Shown here piece by piece: positions 1-23,090 of a stretch of DNA of 64,000 bases (position 1 is its first letter; every line of letters begins with the position of its first letter). The position numbers and the translations under genes were made by a program. The notes under the pieces were generated by a model that searched no databases, was not told the DNA's origin, and saw only the letters and a list, made by a program, of their open reading frames with translations. The stretch covers positions 22,494,767 through 22,558,766 of the forward strand of contig OZ037766.1 in the NCBI GenBank assembly GCA_964035545.1. The letters are read 5' to 3'. The stretch comes from Bugula neritina. Lineage: Eukaryota > Animalia > Bryozoa.

Positions 1-779
1 TTTTTAATAAGTTGTTGTCTAATCAACAGAAAGTAATGAAGATTCTAAAAACGAACAACTTTTGCTCTATAGATTAAACTAATGATGCAATATTTAGAAT
101 AAGTATAATTATTTTGTGTATATTGTTGTATATGTGAGATGAAATGTATATTAACAGTTAACTATATAGTTTTCAAAACATGAAACAAAGCACATTGTGA
201 CAAAATAATACATACTTTTAATTATTAAAACATGTTGAAAGCTGCACAACTCTAATCTAGTATCAATTAAGTTGCTGTAGCCACTGTATGGTGCACGGTG
301 CATGGTATTTCACAAGTTTAGCTAAAATTGTGTAGAAAGTTGATAGAATAAAATAGAGTTTAATTCACACTCTAGCTTGACCAAAGTCTAAAAGTATTTA
401 CATTTCCACTTGCATTTGAACTGTTATCGGGTTTTTCACTGTTAGTAAATTACCAGTTGGAACTTACCAACATTCCTATAAGTAACTTGCTGCCATATAT
501 TGTCATTAATCTTAAATTTTTATGGTATTTATTTAATACCTCTAGTTTGTTTTCCATTTCATAGAATTCGCAACTTGCATGATTGCTTATTCTAGGAATA
601 AGCAATCACTCTCCCTTTACTGCTCTGATACCGGTATAGGAACCTTATTATTTTCACCGCTACGTTTCTCATTTTATCTAATAAGTATCAACAGTAAGCA
701 AAAAAGGAAGCGAGTAGCAACTTAGCAACAGGTATAAAAGAATTTGTTTTTTTCTACTGTGAACTTCAATGCATTTTAG

Positions 780-1581
780 GTTCTGCTACTACTTCGTGAT
801 CCTCGAGGAATAATGAGATCTAGAATGGGTATAAAAGATGGTTCCAGCAAAGAATACCAAAATAAAGATGAAGCGCTAAGGATACACTCGAAGAGTAGGT
901 TGCATCAAATTATTTTGTTACTATACTAAGAATAAAGACAGCCTAGGCTTGAAATCTTGAGTTGTTGATCAGAAGTTACAGAAGGTCAATATTAATCTAT
1001 TAAATTTTGATTCTCGTTTGTTTTAAAGTTTCCCTCAGCTTTAACATCTTTATTTTGATGATTTATTTGGGCAACTTGGAAGTCATATGGAGTAGGTTTT
1101 TAACAATGTCATAGCAACAGTAGGTAAATTCCTGCCAGCCGCACAGGATTACGGTGGTGAAAGGAGACCATAGCAGTAGGTCTATTCTTTGAATAATGCA
1201 TATATACACAAGGCAACGTTTTCTATAATACAGTTGATTTAGTTATCTTAAAATAAAAGTAAAAGTACAAAACTCAGAGATTAAATGGAGAAGAAACTTT
1301 ACTTGCCATCAGCAACTTCACCTCAACTTATCATAAGAGGAAAAGAGGAATTCATGAGACAAAGGTGGTGGAGTTAAGAGTACTAAAACATGGGGAATAG
1401 AACTCTATTTGAGATGCTATTCTCTACTAGTTATAAGCTATATAATACCTGTATATATAATTAGCAGCTGTCTTTGTGTAATTGGCTATGTCTTCATAGT
1501 GAACCACAACTACTGGATTTGGGTGCTTTTTCTGAACTTCCTTGGTTATCTGTGTATCATCTGCCATTGCTTTACACAGCA
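780..1581 (+). pseudogene. Rearranged sulfotransferase paralogue fragment (exon 10 on + strand, exon 11 inverted; no exon 12/13 found downstream)
   Basis: 780-894 (+) encodes VLLLLRDPRGIMRSRMGIKDGSSKEYQNKDEALRIHSK (RDPR 3'-PAPS motif) with AG/GT ends. The next exon (LCKAMADDTQITKEVQKKHPNPVVVVHYEDIANYTKTAANYIY, 133 nt) lies on the - strand at 1449-1581. Upstream exons would lie outside the window. Confidence 0.8.
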
Positions 1582-1679
1582 CTGTTGGTATTTAACATCA
1601 TCTTAGTTATATTTCACTAACATTCAGTATATGGAACTTATCTACTGCTATGAATGACTTATATGAATGACACATCCTA

Positions 1680-2230
1680 CGGGTGTGCAGGTGTATGCCT
1701 GGGCAAAGATACATGAAGGACAGGCTGTAGTTGCCCTGTGTGACTTGTCCCCTTCTCTGAGTCACTGACAAATCCAAAGGAACTGCAGGGCTGTTACAGT
1801 TTAGCACCAATGGTGTCGCAGAAGCCGCTAGAACAAAGTTGTAAACAACGGCAAACTGCCTAAAGAGCTGGAACTCCAGGTTTGTCCTCGGGGCTTACTC
1901 CCCAAGCCTTTTTCATGGTTGGGTGTAGCCGCAAATTAAACAGTGAAAGTTTAGAATGAGAGTTTTTTTTCTCCTAGATGAGCTGTGTTCTCAGACTAAT
2001 AAGCCCCATCTGCCTAAAGCATGGGTTTTAATGCGCCAGTAACTTGCCTTTTCCTTTTTCCTATCAGTAGAAACAGGTCAGCTGGGCATATACATATGTC
2101 ACACGAGCAGGCTAAAAGTTGGACTTGGTTGTCATAAGCTATTTGTGATGCGTGTCTGAAGAAGCACTTTTGAACAGCGAGAGCTTATCCCAACTGCTGC
2201 TTCTTCACTGTAGCAACCCTTAGAATCCAC
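1680..2230 (-). mobile_element. Decayed 5' portion of a probable RTE-clade non-LTR retrotransposon
   Basis: GC-richer block. Motifs such as 'gggtgtagccgcaa', 'ttctcctagatgagctg', 'gttggacttggttgtca' and 'gagcttatccc' resemble, from memory, the 5' UTR of RTE-type elements in aquatic animals. Not database-verified. Confidence 0.45.
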
Positions 2231-4308
2231 TATAGTTATAACTATCAAATATGACTACGTAGAAATTCTAATTGAATTAATAGTAATTATTTTTTCTGCT
2301 TTTCCTGAAACTGATTTTTGTTTGCAGGTGGAAATGTAAACTTAAACAATGAGAGAAATGCCGCATCATGATTTTAGAATAATTAATAACCAGTTATCCC
2401 CCTTTCTATAGAAAGAGAGCACAACTTTAATTTAGGTAAAGTTGACTTCAGTAAAGCAAAGTAGTGCAATGACTATAATTAATATGATGGTAGATATAGG
2501 AGAGTATGTGTAAAATATAAAAGTGTGCAGATGGATAGATAGAATGTAGCAAGACAAGCATAGAGAGATGTATAGCTCAAGATCCTACAGATTGAGAGAG
2601 AAGTTGGAGCTAATCTCACAGCTAAGCCTACCCCTAACCTGGATCAAAGGCTACAATAGATCATTGTTTATTGGATTGACTAATATAATTATAAAACTTC
2701 TAAACTTCAACTTAACATTCTTTTCAAATTTTCTACTTCATTAAAACAATCTGAGTATTTGATTTTGAAAAGTTTTTAAATTAGTGACATTCCTACACTC
2801 AAATTTCGTAATTTGCCCTAAAAGTTCCAAGTCCCCCTTTCCCCATCTGAACAGTATCTGCTACTACAAGTGACATCTTTGAACACTGAGAAAGTTTGCA
2901 GGCCGTTACTAACAGTAATCTTAGCAAAATTGTCATAAAAGAAGCCTCGGAGTAGACTGATCAAAAACAAACATGTTTTAGCTGCATATTGTAAGATTAT
3001 ATATTATGGTAACACAATTTATCATCATAAGTCCTTTTCTACAACATATTGTCTGCAGCTGAGAGTCTGCTAGAATTAATGCTACGGCCTCACCCCTAGG
3101 AAACAGTTTAGCTGTCTGTGAAAAAATTCACTCCATGTGGCTTTATTTGTATGGAAATGATTGAAATTTATTGTGCAACACCCTGAACAAAATAAATATA
3201 CTGGTGAGTGAGGCATTGCACTAGTATGAATATTATATCCAATATTGCTTATAATTACTACAACTTAAAACAATTTTTCATCAAGCTAGAATTAATATGT
3301 CGCGGGCTATTGACAAGACTAACTTCCAGAAAAAAAATAAAAAGCAAACTTAATTATTCAAATTGAATAAATTTTACTTTTAATATAATAAAACAAGTAT
3401 TTGTTGAAATATTTCTTTAAAATAATACTGAAACAAAATATAAATCAATATCAGTCATTTTATTTTAGATATTTATTCAAAATTAGGAGTAGTATTTCGA
3501 GAACAAATTAGGTTATAGACGGACAACTCCGTAAGTATGTGCTCAGTAATGGCGTGAGTAATAACGGTGAAGCACGATGAGATAAGAAAATTGACACTTG
3601 CTTTAATTAAAACATCATTTCTGTCATTAAATCTGTGCGTGACCCTTGCAAATAACACATCATTGTAAAGATAAAATATTTTTATTTCATTAGAAATAAA
3701 TAAAATATACCTTAACTTAAAATTGTAAAACTTATTGATCCTGAAAGATGTCAAAACCACTCATTTTGAATTGTCTTACATTGGTAATTAGCTAAAAAAA
3801 TGCACTTTCTGATGAGTTTATACAATATTGTACTAGTGTTTCCAACAAAATATGGACGTTTTATTAATTTTGAGATAGTTTTACATTAATTAAAATTATT
3901 TTGAATCTGTAGAGTCAATCACAAATATGTAAGAGCAAGCAATATATGAACTGACAAACTCAAGTTCAGTTTGTACTAAATAAAATGAACTGAATAAATT
4001 TAATATCCAGTATTGTTTACCAACTTTTACTTTATAAAACTAATATCTGCTCCTCCCCAGTGTTATAGGTAGCAGAATTTTTTGTTAAATTCCTCCATTC
4101 TGAACTTTCATAGGTTATAAAAATTTTGGGGAGTTGGATAATTGGTAATAGGCCAGGTTAATGGTTATTGATATTTATAAGCATCACATCAGTATTGAAA
4201 GAAAAAAATTAAATAAAATAGAAAATAAAGACTTCCAAAAGAACAATCTTGACTTTAAAGATTATTATAGGTTTTACTCACAATTTAGAAGAAAAATATA
4301 ATATACTG

Positions 4309-4690
4309 TTGTGTATGTAACATATCGTATAGTATGTGTATAGTAAGTATATGTATAGTATATGTATAGTAGGTATATGTATAGTATATTATGTGTAGTA
4401 TATGTATAGTATGTGTATAGTATATGTATAGTAGGTAATCGTATAGCATATTATGTATAGTATATGTATAGTATATGTATAGTATGTGTATAGTATATGT
4501 ATAGTATGTGTATAGTATATGTATAGTATGTGTATAGTATATGTATAGTATATGTATAGTATGTGTATAGTATATGTATAGTATGTGTATAGTATGTGTA
4601 TAGTATGTGTATAGTATATGTATAGTATGTGTATAGTATATGTATAGTATGTGTATAGTATATGTATAGTATAGTATGTGTATATGCATA
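4309..4690. repeat. 11-bp minisatellite (TATAGTATRTG)n
   Basis: Directly visible tandem units tatagtatgtg/tatagtatatg. Source of the spurious Y/T/H/I-rich ORFs. Confidence 0.95.
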
Positions 4691-4930
4691 CGTATATGTA
4701 ATAATACCTACAGAAGCTGCCAGTGTAATCAAGGTAAAAGTTACAATTACTTATATTTTGTTAGAGTGTGGTGCATTTAATTATTAAAACTACGAAAATT
4801 AAACTGTTGCTTGTATAATTGCTTGTTTTCTAAAAAATGTGTGGCTTCTTGGGCCTAAAGAAGCCATTAAAACTAAGTCATATAAGCAATCATACACTAG
4901 TAAAAGCTGTTAGTGTGCATTTAAGGTAGA

Positions 4931-13194
<8,264 letters not shown>

Positions 13195-13896
13195 AATTCA
13201 GTATGCATATTGTGCATATCCATTAAAAATGTTATCCTACAATTTTAAAGCTGTAGTAAAATAAATACAAACATTGTTTTTAGTGTCGATAGCAATAACG
13301 TTACTGCAGGCAGCATATCTTGATTGGTCATCAAATGATAAATAAATCAAAAATAACTTTACTAAATATGAGTATGAAGATTTTGAAGCTAACAAAATAG
13401 CTAGCTTATATATGTACTGTAGTGTTTGAGAATATGTTATCAATTTGTTTAATTTTGGTGAGATTATAAATGTGTTCACAGTGACTGCCATAATATTGAG
13501 TAAAGAAACGTAAGACATTGATTTCAATCTCATTTATTTATTGCATGTTGAATAAAATAACATTTATGTTCTAACTATCAATGTACATATGAAATTGTCA
13601 ATGAATATTAATAAAGATATAGTGACTTTCCATTCTAAATTTTAAGAAAGCAACTCAAGTAGATTGATTGATCTTGCAGAGATGTTTGATGTTATTTTAT
13701 GAATAATTTATTATTACAATATGGAATGAGGTTGATGACATGAACCATATCATGGTAAAAGCATTTGCAAGTGCCAATTTTCTGAAAAGAAAGATGTGGA
13801 GAGGAAGTAGACTGTACGATTACATACAAAACCACCATCCATTCTGCTTCAGAGATGCTTGGTCGTGAAACGGGAAACAAATGCCCATGCCGATTT

Positions 13897-14196
13897 TAGG
13901 TAAAAATGGCACAAGTAATGATGGCACAGGTCATAATGGCGCAAATGGAAAAATTGGTAAAAATGGCACACTGATGTTAATTTTTTTCCAAACCTCTTAA
14001 ACTCAAACCCTAATTCCCAAACCTAAACTCTTATTCCAAACCTCTAACCACCACCCCAAACCCTGTAATATTGAAAATGTGCCATTTTTTATTTACATGT
14101 CGATTTGTGCCATTATTACCTGTGCCATTTTTATCTGTGCCATCTTTACCATGCCATTTTTTCCTATGTCTTTTTTACTGATGCCACTTTTACCAT
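13897..14196. mobile_element. Foldback/MITE-like element with tandem 'aaaaatggcaca' arms and central aaaccc(t)-rich spacer
   Basis: Left arm repeats ggtaaaaatggcaca and right arm repeats tgtgccattttt, which are reverse complements. Boundaries approximate. Confidence 0.65.
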
Positions 14197-14507
14197 CAGT
14201 CTATGTCAACTTGTAGACAAGTGGTACTTTAAATCTAGCTAAAGATGTTGATACTCGGTATAATCAGAAAAAAAGAGTACACCAATAAAATGCTAAAGTT
14301 TCTTCTCTTCAGCAAAAATACACAGTTGTGATGAGACGTTGACCTTATGGTAAACTGGAAACAAGCTTTTTGCAATTGTCCAAGAGGCTTCAGACTAGGT
14401 GTACACAATAATATTGCATACTGTTGCCTACCTGCAGTCTAGTCTGAGTGCAACCCCACTGGACAGAAATAAGTCAGACTGCTTACATTGTTGAATAAAA
14501 TAGCAAC

Positions 14508-14740
14508 TCACGCAAGTCTATAGTCGCCGTCCCTGTGGGAAAACCCCTGATACAATAATTTTCTTTTTAAAAAGATTTAAGGACTTATTCAGATGTGGCA
14601 TAGGAGCAATTATGGCTGGATGCTTTTCCTAACATCACTAATAGCCTTTGTCGGGGGGGGGGGGGGGGGGGGGGTGGGGGTTTGAACCCATGACTTTGCG
14701 CTTACTAGGTAAGCGCTCTAACTCCTAGACCACGGCTGTT
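14508..14740 (-). mobile_element. tRNA-Thr-derived SINE copy
   Basis: Homologous to the copies at 30369, 42487, 48795 and 51712. Flanked by a ~24-bp TSD (14484-14507 / 14742-14765, 2 mismatches). Contains an expanded G-tract on the + strand. Confidence 0.8.
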
Positions 14741-15382
14741 CTACATTGTTGCATAAAATAACAACAGTTTATTGGTTTAACACCCGCTACAGGAAGAGAA
14801 CAGAGATAGGTCTGAATTTCAATGTCTCAACTGGTAATGAACATACAAAATGGCAGTTAGAATTATTAGCAATGACTTTTAGTAGTTAAAATAAATGTAA
14901 CAGTAATTGTTAAATTTTTCATTCCATCTTTAAGGGAAAAGGTCGAGGTAGACTTGTTTTTATAAAACTGGAATATTATTTTGCTTTTGCCAAAACTGGA
15001 AATAATAATGTGATTTATTTAGCTAAAATAACCCCTGCTAACTTTTCCTGTTTTATGGCGCTGTTTCTAATGCTGATACTGATAGCTGGTAAAGCACGGG
15101 TGACTTCCAAACAGTTTTACTAAAGTCATCATCATATATTAAGTCATGTTTAATATACCCTTTAATCAAAAAAATATTTCTTATAAAATAATTGTTTACT
15201 GAAACACCCACACTCTCAATTGCTTCATTTGAAAAAAAACTATAATGTGAGTCACAAGAATTGTAATATTCCGCCAAAGAACATCTCACCTATAGTATCT
15301 TTAAAGTAAATTCTATATAGATCCCTTTTCAAAGGTTAAAATAGAAAAAATCTGGCCTTAATCTGGTTTGAAATATTAAATG

Positions 15383-18300
15383 TTAAGTCAGTGGAGTAAG
15401 GCTGGTTCTGTGATAGTTGTTAGGGTCAGATAACTCCTGTTTAGACTCCACGGGCTCATATCCAATATATTTATAATATTCTTTACATCCTTCATCTATG
15501 AGCTTCACTTGCTTAAAAGACAATGACTTTTTCCATTTATATGCAGTGGCTACGCTGTCACGCCTGTAATCAATGAATTCTTTTTTATAATAATCATCTA
15601 AAACTGTAGAAGAATTAAATGTCGTGGTTTGATTAATCAGTTGGTAACTATTTGAACTAATTGACTATTTAGGGTTTGAGCAAAACAATTTTTTTAGATC
15701 ATAGTTTTCTACCTATAAACTCCATAAGCATCGCCTTCTTTGTGTCCCTGTAACCTTGATACTGCTGCTACAACTTTAACTGGAGGATTGCCCATTTCTA
15801 AGTTTCTACAAAATAAATATTTTATAGAAGAATTTCTTAAGCATGTAATATGGTACTTTTGACTGTTAGTGACTAGAAAATTTTTAGATACGTAGTTCAA
15901 AATTTTCACTTTTAGCAGATATTATTTCGATGTTGACTCCTACACTTGAACCATCATTACGGATATATAATGGCTATATACTTGAAATAATGCATATATA
16001 AGTAAGGCGATGTTTCCTATAATACAGTTGATTTAGTTATCTTGGAATAAAAGCAAAGAACCAAACTCAAAGATTAAATGGAGAAGAAACTTTACTTGCC
16101 ATCAGCGACTTAACCTCAACCTATCATATGAGGAAAAGAGGAATTCATGAGACAAAGGTGGTAGAATCAAGAGTACTAAAACATGGGGAATATAGAACTC
16201 TATTTGAGATGCTATTCTCTACTAGTTATAAGCTATATAATACCTGTATATATAATTGGCAGCTGTCTTTGTGTAATTGGCTATATCTTCATAGTGAACT
16301 ACAACTATTGGATTTGAGTGCTTTTTCTGAACTTCCTTGGCTATCTGTGCATCATCTGCCATTGCTTTACACAGCACTGTATGTATTTAACATCATCTTA
16401 GTTATTTTTCACTAGTATTTAGTATATGGAACTTACCTACTGCTATGGCAGTGTTGAAAACCTATTCCACCGGACCTCTAATATAAACATACAAGTTGCC
16501 TTGGTCAAATGTCAAAATAAAGAAATTGAAACTAGGAAAAACTTTAAAGTAGACTAGAATATATTAGATTTTAATAATGTCAATATTAATATTTTGTAAC
16601 TTCTGACTTTCAACTCCAGGCTACTTATCCTATGCTGCCTTCCTTTTAGTAGTTGCGAAATATTCTGATACAACTTACTCTCTGAGTGTACCCTTAGCGC
16701 TTCATCTTCATTTTTGTATTTTTTGTAATAACCATCATTTAATGCCATTCTAGATCTCATGATTCCTCGAGGATCACGAAGTAGTAGCAGAACCTATTAA
16801 ATGTTTTAGTCTATGTTATAAAAGTTACTGTTGGTTGAACAGAAATTTTTGGCCTCTATAATGATCTATGGTTCAGACGACTCCTTTCTTGTTTACTATT
16901 TATATACGAAAGAGACCATATAAGGAATGTACATCATCAGATAGAGGTAGAGCCGCCTGCCATTGCATAGAATAGGACATTCAGCTCTAAATGATAAATT
17001 ATAACCAGTATATATATTTTAAGTTGATAGAAATCGCTTTGCAGAAATTGCCATAGCAAAATGTTAATAGACACTAAATACAAGTTTGCTATTTTTAAAT
17101 GTACGCTCAAAGCCATGAAATCTCATCACGATGAAATTAACTTTATCTAAAGTATAGCTTAAACATTTTTGGTCAGTCTTTTCAACATTCTGCTGTATAG
17201 TTTAATAAAAATGTAGTTCTCACCCTTAGATCTGACTGTTGATATTTCTCAATGGCCATCTTTACAGATTTCATCCTGACCCGTATTGATTTGATGGCAG
17301 TTAGTTTTCTAGCTTTGCACCGAGCAATGAACAAGGCCATACAGTCCAGAATAAATTTCCCCTGGCAATCTATGCAACATATAAGCTTATTATAACCAGT
17401 AAACCATTTTCATTTACTCAATTTTAAAAGGTGAATTGTCATCATATTTTCACTAATAATATTCATTTGATGCATAAGAAGCTATTTATAGGAACTTTTA
17501 AAACTATTTTTCATCATATACTTTTGAATATCAACGGTTTTTATTTCATAACTCTCTTTCATGCATTTGCATTAAATATTTCAACACTCTAACAATAATC
17601 TGCAGTGTTATATGCTGCTGCCTTCTTTGACTTTTTTCTCTCAAATGTCAAAATTCATATTTATATCATTAATTTTTTTCAGCTCAAGTTGTTTTTAATT
17701 TTAGTAACTAAAGAATGTTTAATTTCTTGCTTCTGGAAGAGTAATGGTTGCAAGAACCTATTTTCACAACACATACTTACATTCATTTAGTCTATCAGCT
17801 TGTGGAAATCTGTTTATACTCTCAGGTGCAACTTGTAGCAGGTTGCAATTGAATGTAGAAGTAATTGCATTAGCTGTTGGCTTTGTTAGGTAATCATGTA
17901 TCTCTTCACGTTCCTTGCCTATTGGCAAAGGAATTACTGAATGAAATGGTTCGAACCTGTCTCAAAATTTACAAAAATGTTAATAACTGTAAATAAATAT
18001 TGAAGCAGAATTTATATTCTAGAAATATGCTGTACAATTGAATGAAAATTTAAAGTTCATTTTATATCATTGACCAAGTTACGCAGTCTCACAGTCACAT
18101 TTCTCATAATATTATTCACAACTTTACTGCTCCTCTATTATACTTTGTGTAGTCTACATGTGTTACTTACATATAGAATGCATCTGGATGATTTTTGAAC
18201 AATTCTGAAGTGAAAGTGGATCCAGATCTGTAGTAAGCGAGAAGTAAAACTTTTATTCTGTCTTTCACATTATTGTTGGCAAACACAGTGACTTCTGTCT

Positions 18301-21300
18301 TTTCTACAGATAAGAAACACAAGTCACATTATATATGATTTAACATTGGTATTACCAATATAGTATCCCTGTTCTTACTATTGTATTATAACTATAGTTG
18401 ATTTAGAGAGTTTACACTTGATCTCTAGCTCTGTAGCAACAGGTTATGGTTTCTATTCTATAATCAACAGGTAGATATGCTTGACTGTGCTTAGTCATTA
18501 GTTGGCAAGTCAAGCTACCTCAACTACCCTATTTGAGCACAATTCATAGACTATATGTCACAAATGGTTTGACATATAGGTTATATGACATAGGTCATGA
18601 TATATGTTATGACCACTATGACGCTGTAATCAAGGTAATATACCAACATTGTCATATCAGTATCGAATGTGTGCTGCGTACTGTACAAATAATTACTTGT
18701 GATTGGTGGAGAGTTGACGTTGTATAGTCTTTGGTTCTTCTGTGAAAGTCTTGGTGGATGAAACTGTGAGCAGTTTGTCACAGGCCAAAATCCATACATA
18801 TCTTCTTGGCTCAAACAAAATAGGCATTCTGTTTGGTTACAAACTTTGTCCTAAAATATCAAAATAAAAACATCATGTCCTATATGAAATTATTAATTGT
18901 ACTCTTAATTTAAATGAAAATATTGGTATTGAGATTCGGAACAGTTTATAAACAATTGACACTTGAATTAATAGACTACTTCTATTTCTAATGATTATTC
19001 ACTTTATTCGAGCATATATACCACTGCGTCCTTCAATTTTTATTAAAGATTAATTCAACAATTAACAAGATTTACAATAGATGTCTTAATCATCACTTAC
19101 TGGTTTTTTAGTGCTTTGAAAATTTAAACTGCTGACGATATACTTTGTATCCGGGCAGCGATCTAAAGTTGAAAGTCTCTTGTATTTGAGGAGATCTGTT
19201 TTCTTGGGTCCAGCCCAACATGATGTGTCAGATCCTATGTTATTGCAGGTAATACTTTCACAAGAGTTTGATGTACATCTGCAGCTCCTTGCAGAGTTGG
19301 ACAAATATTTGCTCACTAGTAAACCAGTGGTGTTTCCTAAAATGTATTTTTTAAGTTTTATAGATATAAGTAAAGTATTTATATCTCAAGTTATGTTGAA
19401 AATATTCACCATTTTCAACTGACTTTAAAAAGCATTACCATAATATTATAAGTTTAAACTTACGGCCACTAATGTACTTATTTGTAAATTAGCATTGCTG
19501 TCTCAAGACTAAAACGTGAGTGATTTAGTTACGTAGCATTAATTACGAGAAAGCAATCCGTTGTTTGTTACAGCTTTTTCACAATTATATCAAAGTATAT
19601 TATAAAGATGTCCACCTCTGATTCCAACAAAGCTGTAACCACTACTTTTCAAACAATAATTGGGATCCAAACTATACATGTTATGACAGAGGTCCGTGCA
19701 GAAACATCTCAATTTTGGTTTCTAAAAGATAATTAAAATGTTTATCTTAAAATAATAATAAGCATGCATTGTTTTGCTTTTAGACTTTTTTGTGTGCTTT
19801 CAACCACAAAGGTATTTTGATTTTATACAATTGTTTCAACCATGGCCCAATTTCTTAGCAAATGCACACTATAGCTGTATGCAGTATAACTAATTTTAAA
19901 CTCTCTTTCAACTCTCTGGGTTAGTAGCTTAATTTTTTATCTAAGCTATTTCAGAATAATATTGAATATAATATTATAAATAAATAATATTTGTACTTGC
20001 ATTAAATAAATAATATAGAAAATTTTTTTCACATTTCTCTTTGCATTGTTCTATATTGTCTGCATGAAAATTTCCGCCTGTTTCAGTGAATAAATTTGGG
20101 TCTGTGTGAATGCAGCCAATATCCAACGGAAGCTCTGGTGACCTGTGCAGTAAATGAAAGATTAGGAATGTACTGCTACTATACAATGAGCTGTTGTAAC
20201 TCTTGTATAAACTGGTTAGATTTTGATATTGAATATATTAATGCTATTTTGCAAATGTGAATGTACATACATAACAAGTTGTGGCAACTCTTCCATTATA
20301 GGAGCAGCAGCGGAGAAATTGAGATAGCGTAGGTTTTTTAAATTTCTTTATAAATTTTGGTTTGGACCTCAGATAAATATAACTTCTTTTGCTACATTTC
20401 TAATCTAGAGCACAGGCTTTTCTCAAAGTCTCTATTACTGCCCCTACTTCAACTCTCTGCTATGGTATTTTAAACTAAGAGTAGCATATATTAGCTCATT
20501 AGGCAATTATAAATCCTTAAAGTTCTCTTATAAATGTAAATTTACTGTAGGAGTAAAACTTTAAATAAAATACAGCATATTTAAAGCATATCAATGTGTT
20601 TAAATACTATTATCCTGCCATGGTACATTCACTAGTTGAGAATGGGTTTTCCACTAAATATGATCATTACCTACATCCGCTTTCTTCTGTTCAGGTATAG
20701 TGTAACGTAATAGTCAATATTAGTAAAGATTATACATAGAAAATACTTTTGTATATGCTATATTATAGCATATACAAAAATATTCTTTACGTATATTATA
20801 GTTACTGATGTGTCCTATAAGTTATAACCGGAATCATCATTAACCAAATCAAATATTTGAGCTTATTGGTAATAGTTGAACTAATAAATTTATTACCTTG
20901 AGCTCTCTTTTTTAGAAATGACCGCTTTGGATTCTGATCTCAATACAGCCACAACATCTCTCAACCTTTGTATCTGTGGCGATTCTAAATATAAATGAAT
21001 TAAAACTGCGTATTGATATGCCACCAATTGTTGTAGCTTTTTGAAGTACACTATACTGATCCATTATCATACTACTTACTAATACATAGCAAACTTAAAG
21101 TTTGCTTTATTACTACATTACATCAAAAGCTATTCTTAGCTAGCAGTGTTGTTAAGATAATTCAATGTCCCTAGCACAGCACAGGTGTATTCAGATCAAG
21201 CAGCCTCGGCGAGACATTTTCAACTTCCTTCTTATTAACTGAAGGCTTACTACATCTGCTACTATATTCTACAAACACACAGCTTTATACTCTAATATTT

Positions 21301-22219
21301 TATACTCTGGATCTAGACCACTGGTTGTGACATTTGGATGACAAAGGATATCTTATCTGTGCATCAATTTTGGTGCGATTCAATAGTTAATAAATTTGAT
21401 GAACCTGTTGCCAAGTTGGCTGATAAGGTCAACTACATTTTAAGTCATCCAGACACAGTAGCAAGCTTGCTACACACTGCATTTACTTTACTGAAAACAA
21501 GATGTGTCACGTGAATATATACAAAGCCCTGTGACAATATAGACAAGAATAGATAGAGTGGTATTGGCTTGTAGTGTTAGATTTATATACCAATTGCATG
21601 ATAGCTATGATATTTGAAAAAAACATAACATGAAAATACAAATAATCATAGTTGAATGCATTTGTACAAACCAGATCAGAAATTGTTTGTTAATTTCTTG
21701 TTGGCATGTATGGGTTGACATAATGTAAAAGTTGCTCCCAATGATATTTTTTATTTGGAAAATTTGTATAAAAATTGAAAATCTCAAAGAAATAATCTAA
21801 AATAATTCAACAAATAATAAATTTGCAACCCTCTGTAGTTTTATTAACTCCGCAGCAACGTCTAAATCTGGTGCATGCATGCATTTGAAAGTTTCATGTT
21901 TTAACAATAATAAGACGCTGAAACTGAAACTAAGACGACTTACAGAGGACCCAGTTATGCTATAATATAAACTACAAACCTGCATCTGCTCTTAATAACG
22001 GATGAGTTTTACACAAGACGTATGTTTGTCCATCACAAGTTATATACATGATCATGAATAGAAATATTTATTCTACATACTAACTGTGTATGAATGAAAC
22101 TTGCAACATATACCTTTGTTGTATCTTACAAATGGGTAGAAAGCCATAATAGTCAAAACTCCAATCGTGATAAGAACTACTTTCAAACAATTCAGCTCCT
22201 TTATTTTCTCAATAGGCAT
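15383..22219 (-). CDS. Carbohydrate sulfotransferase paralogue B, 13 exons, ~602 aa
   Basis: Exons 22219-22114, 20984-20897, 20142-20001, 19721-19616, 19336-19101, 18850-18697, 18303-18171, 17956-17781, 17369-17224, 16793-16679, 16376-16244, 15805-15713, 15563-15383. Same phases as gene A. N-terminus MPIEKIKELNCLKVVLITIGVLTIMAFYPF; motifs YYRSGSTF, KSIRVR, RDPRG, HYED. Confidence 0.88.
21029..21499 (-). mobile_element. Insertion in intron 1 of gene B, possibly a degraded solo LTR
   Basis: Absent from the homologous intron of gene A. TG...CA ends and minus-strand TATAAA followed by AATAAA. No convincing TSD. Confidence 0.35.
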
Positions 22220-22881
22220 TTCAATGTCTTCATAAGACACTAATTCTTAGTTATTCTACAAATGCAAACTAACAGTTTTTCATTAGTTTCATTAGCTCCA
22301 ACCCTAAAATAACACATATTCCCAAAAAACAGGCTATCTATAATTGTAAAAAAAAACAAACAATAGACTAAGTGTATTAATTTCATCATTTAGAGATCAC
22401 GTTTTTTAATAAAATGTTAAATACCTGTAGCTTTCAACTTTATATCCCTGACTAGGAACTAGCAAGCGGTGAGAGCATACTAATGCATAGTTTTGTCTAT
22501 AATTATTGTTCTAAAAACATCTTTCAAAACACACTGAGTATTGATTCAAGTTTCAACCTCAGTGATTTTGAATGGTTGATATCAACTTTCAGTTTTTTGT
22601 TATCAATAATGTAAAAAGCTGATACAATGCCCTTGAATGAAACCAGGTCGGGTTTTTTGTAACGCAGCTTTTAATAACAAGCTGGACACTCTTAGGCTCT
22701 CCAAAATATGAATACAGGCTATACAATGACTAATACGTCCAAAGAAAATTATTTGTATAGACACAATCAAACCTAAGCAAATGAGTGAAATAGTGTTTTC
22801 ACTGCCATTTATACTACTAAATGTTTTATTGCTATGATTATTATTATCCCTATAATCTAGAGTCCCTACTTTCTTTTTGCC

Positions 22882-23090
<209 letters not shown>

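Noticed and set aside
4285-4732. ORFs of 134 aa and 93 aa rich in Y/T/H/I
   Set aside because: Translations of the 11-bp minisatellite.
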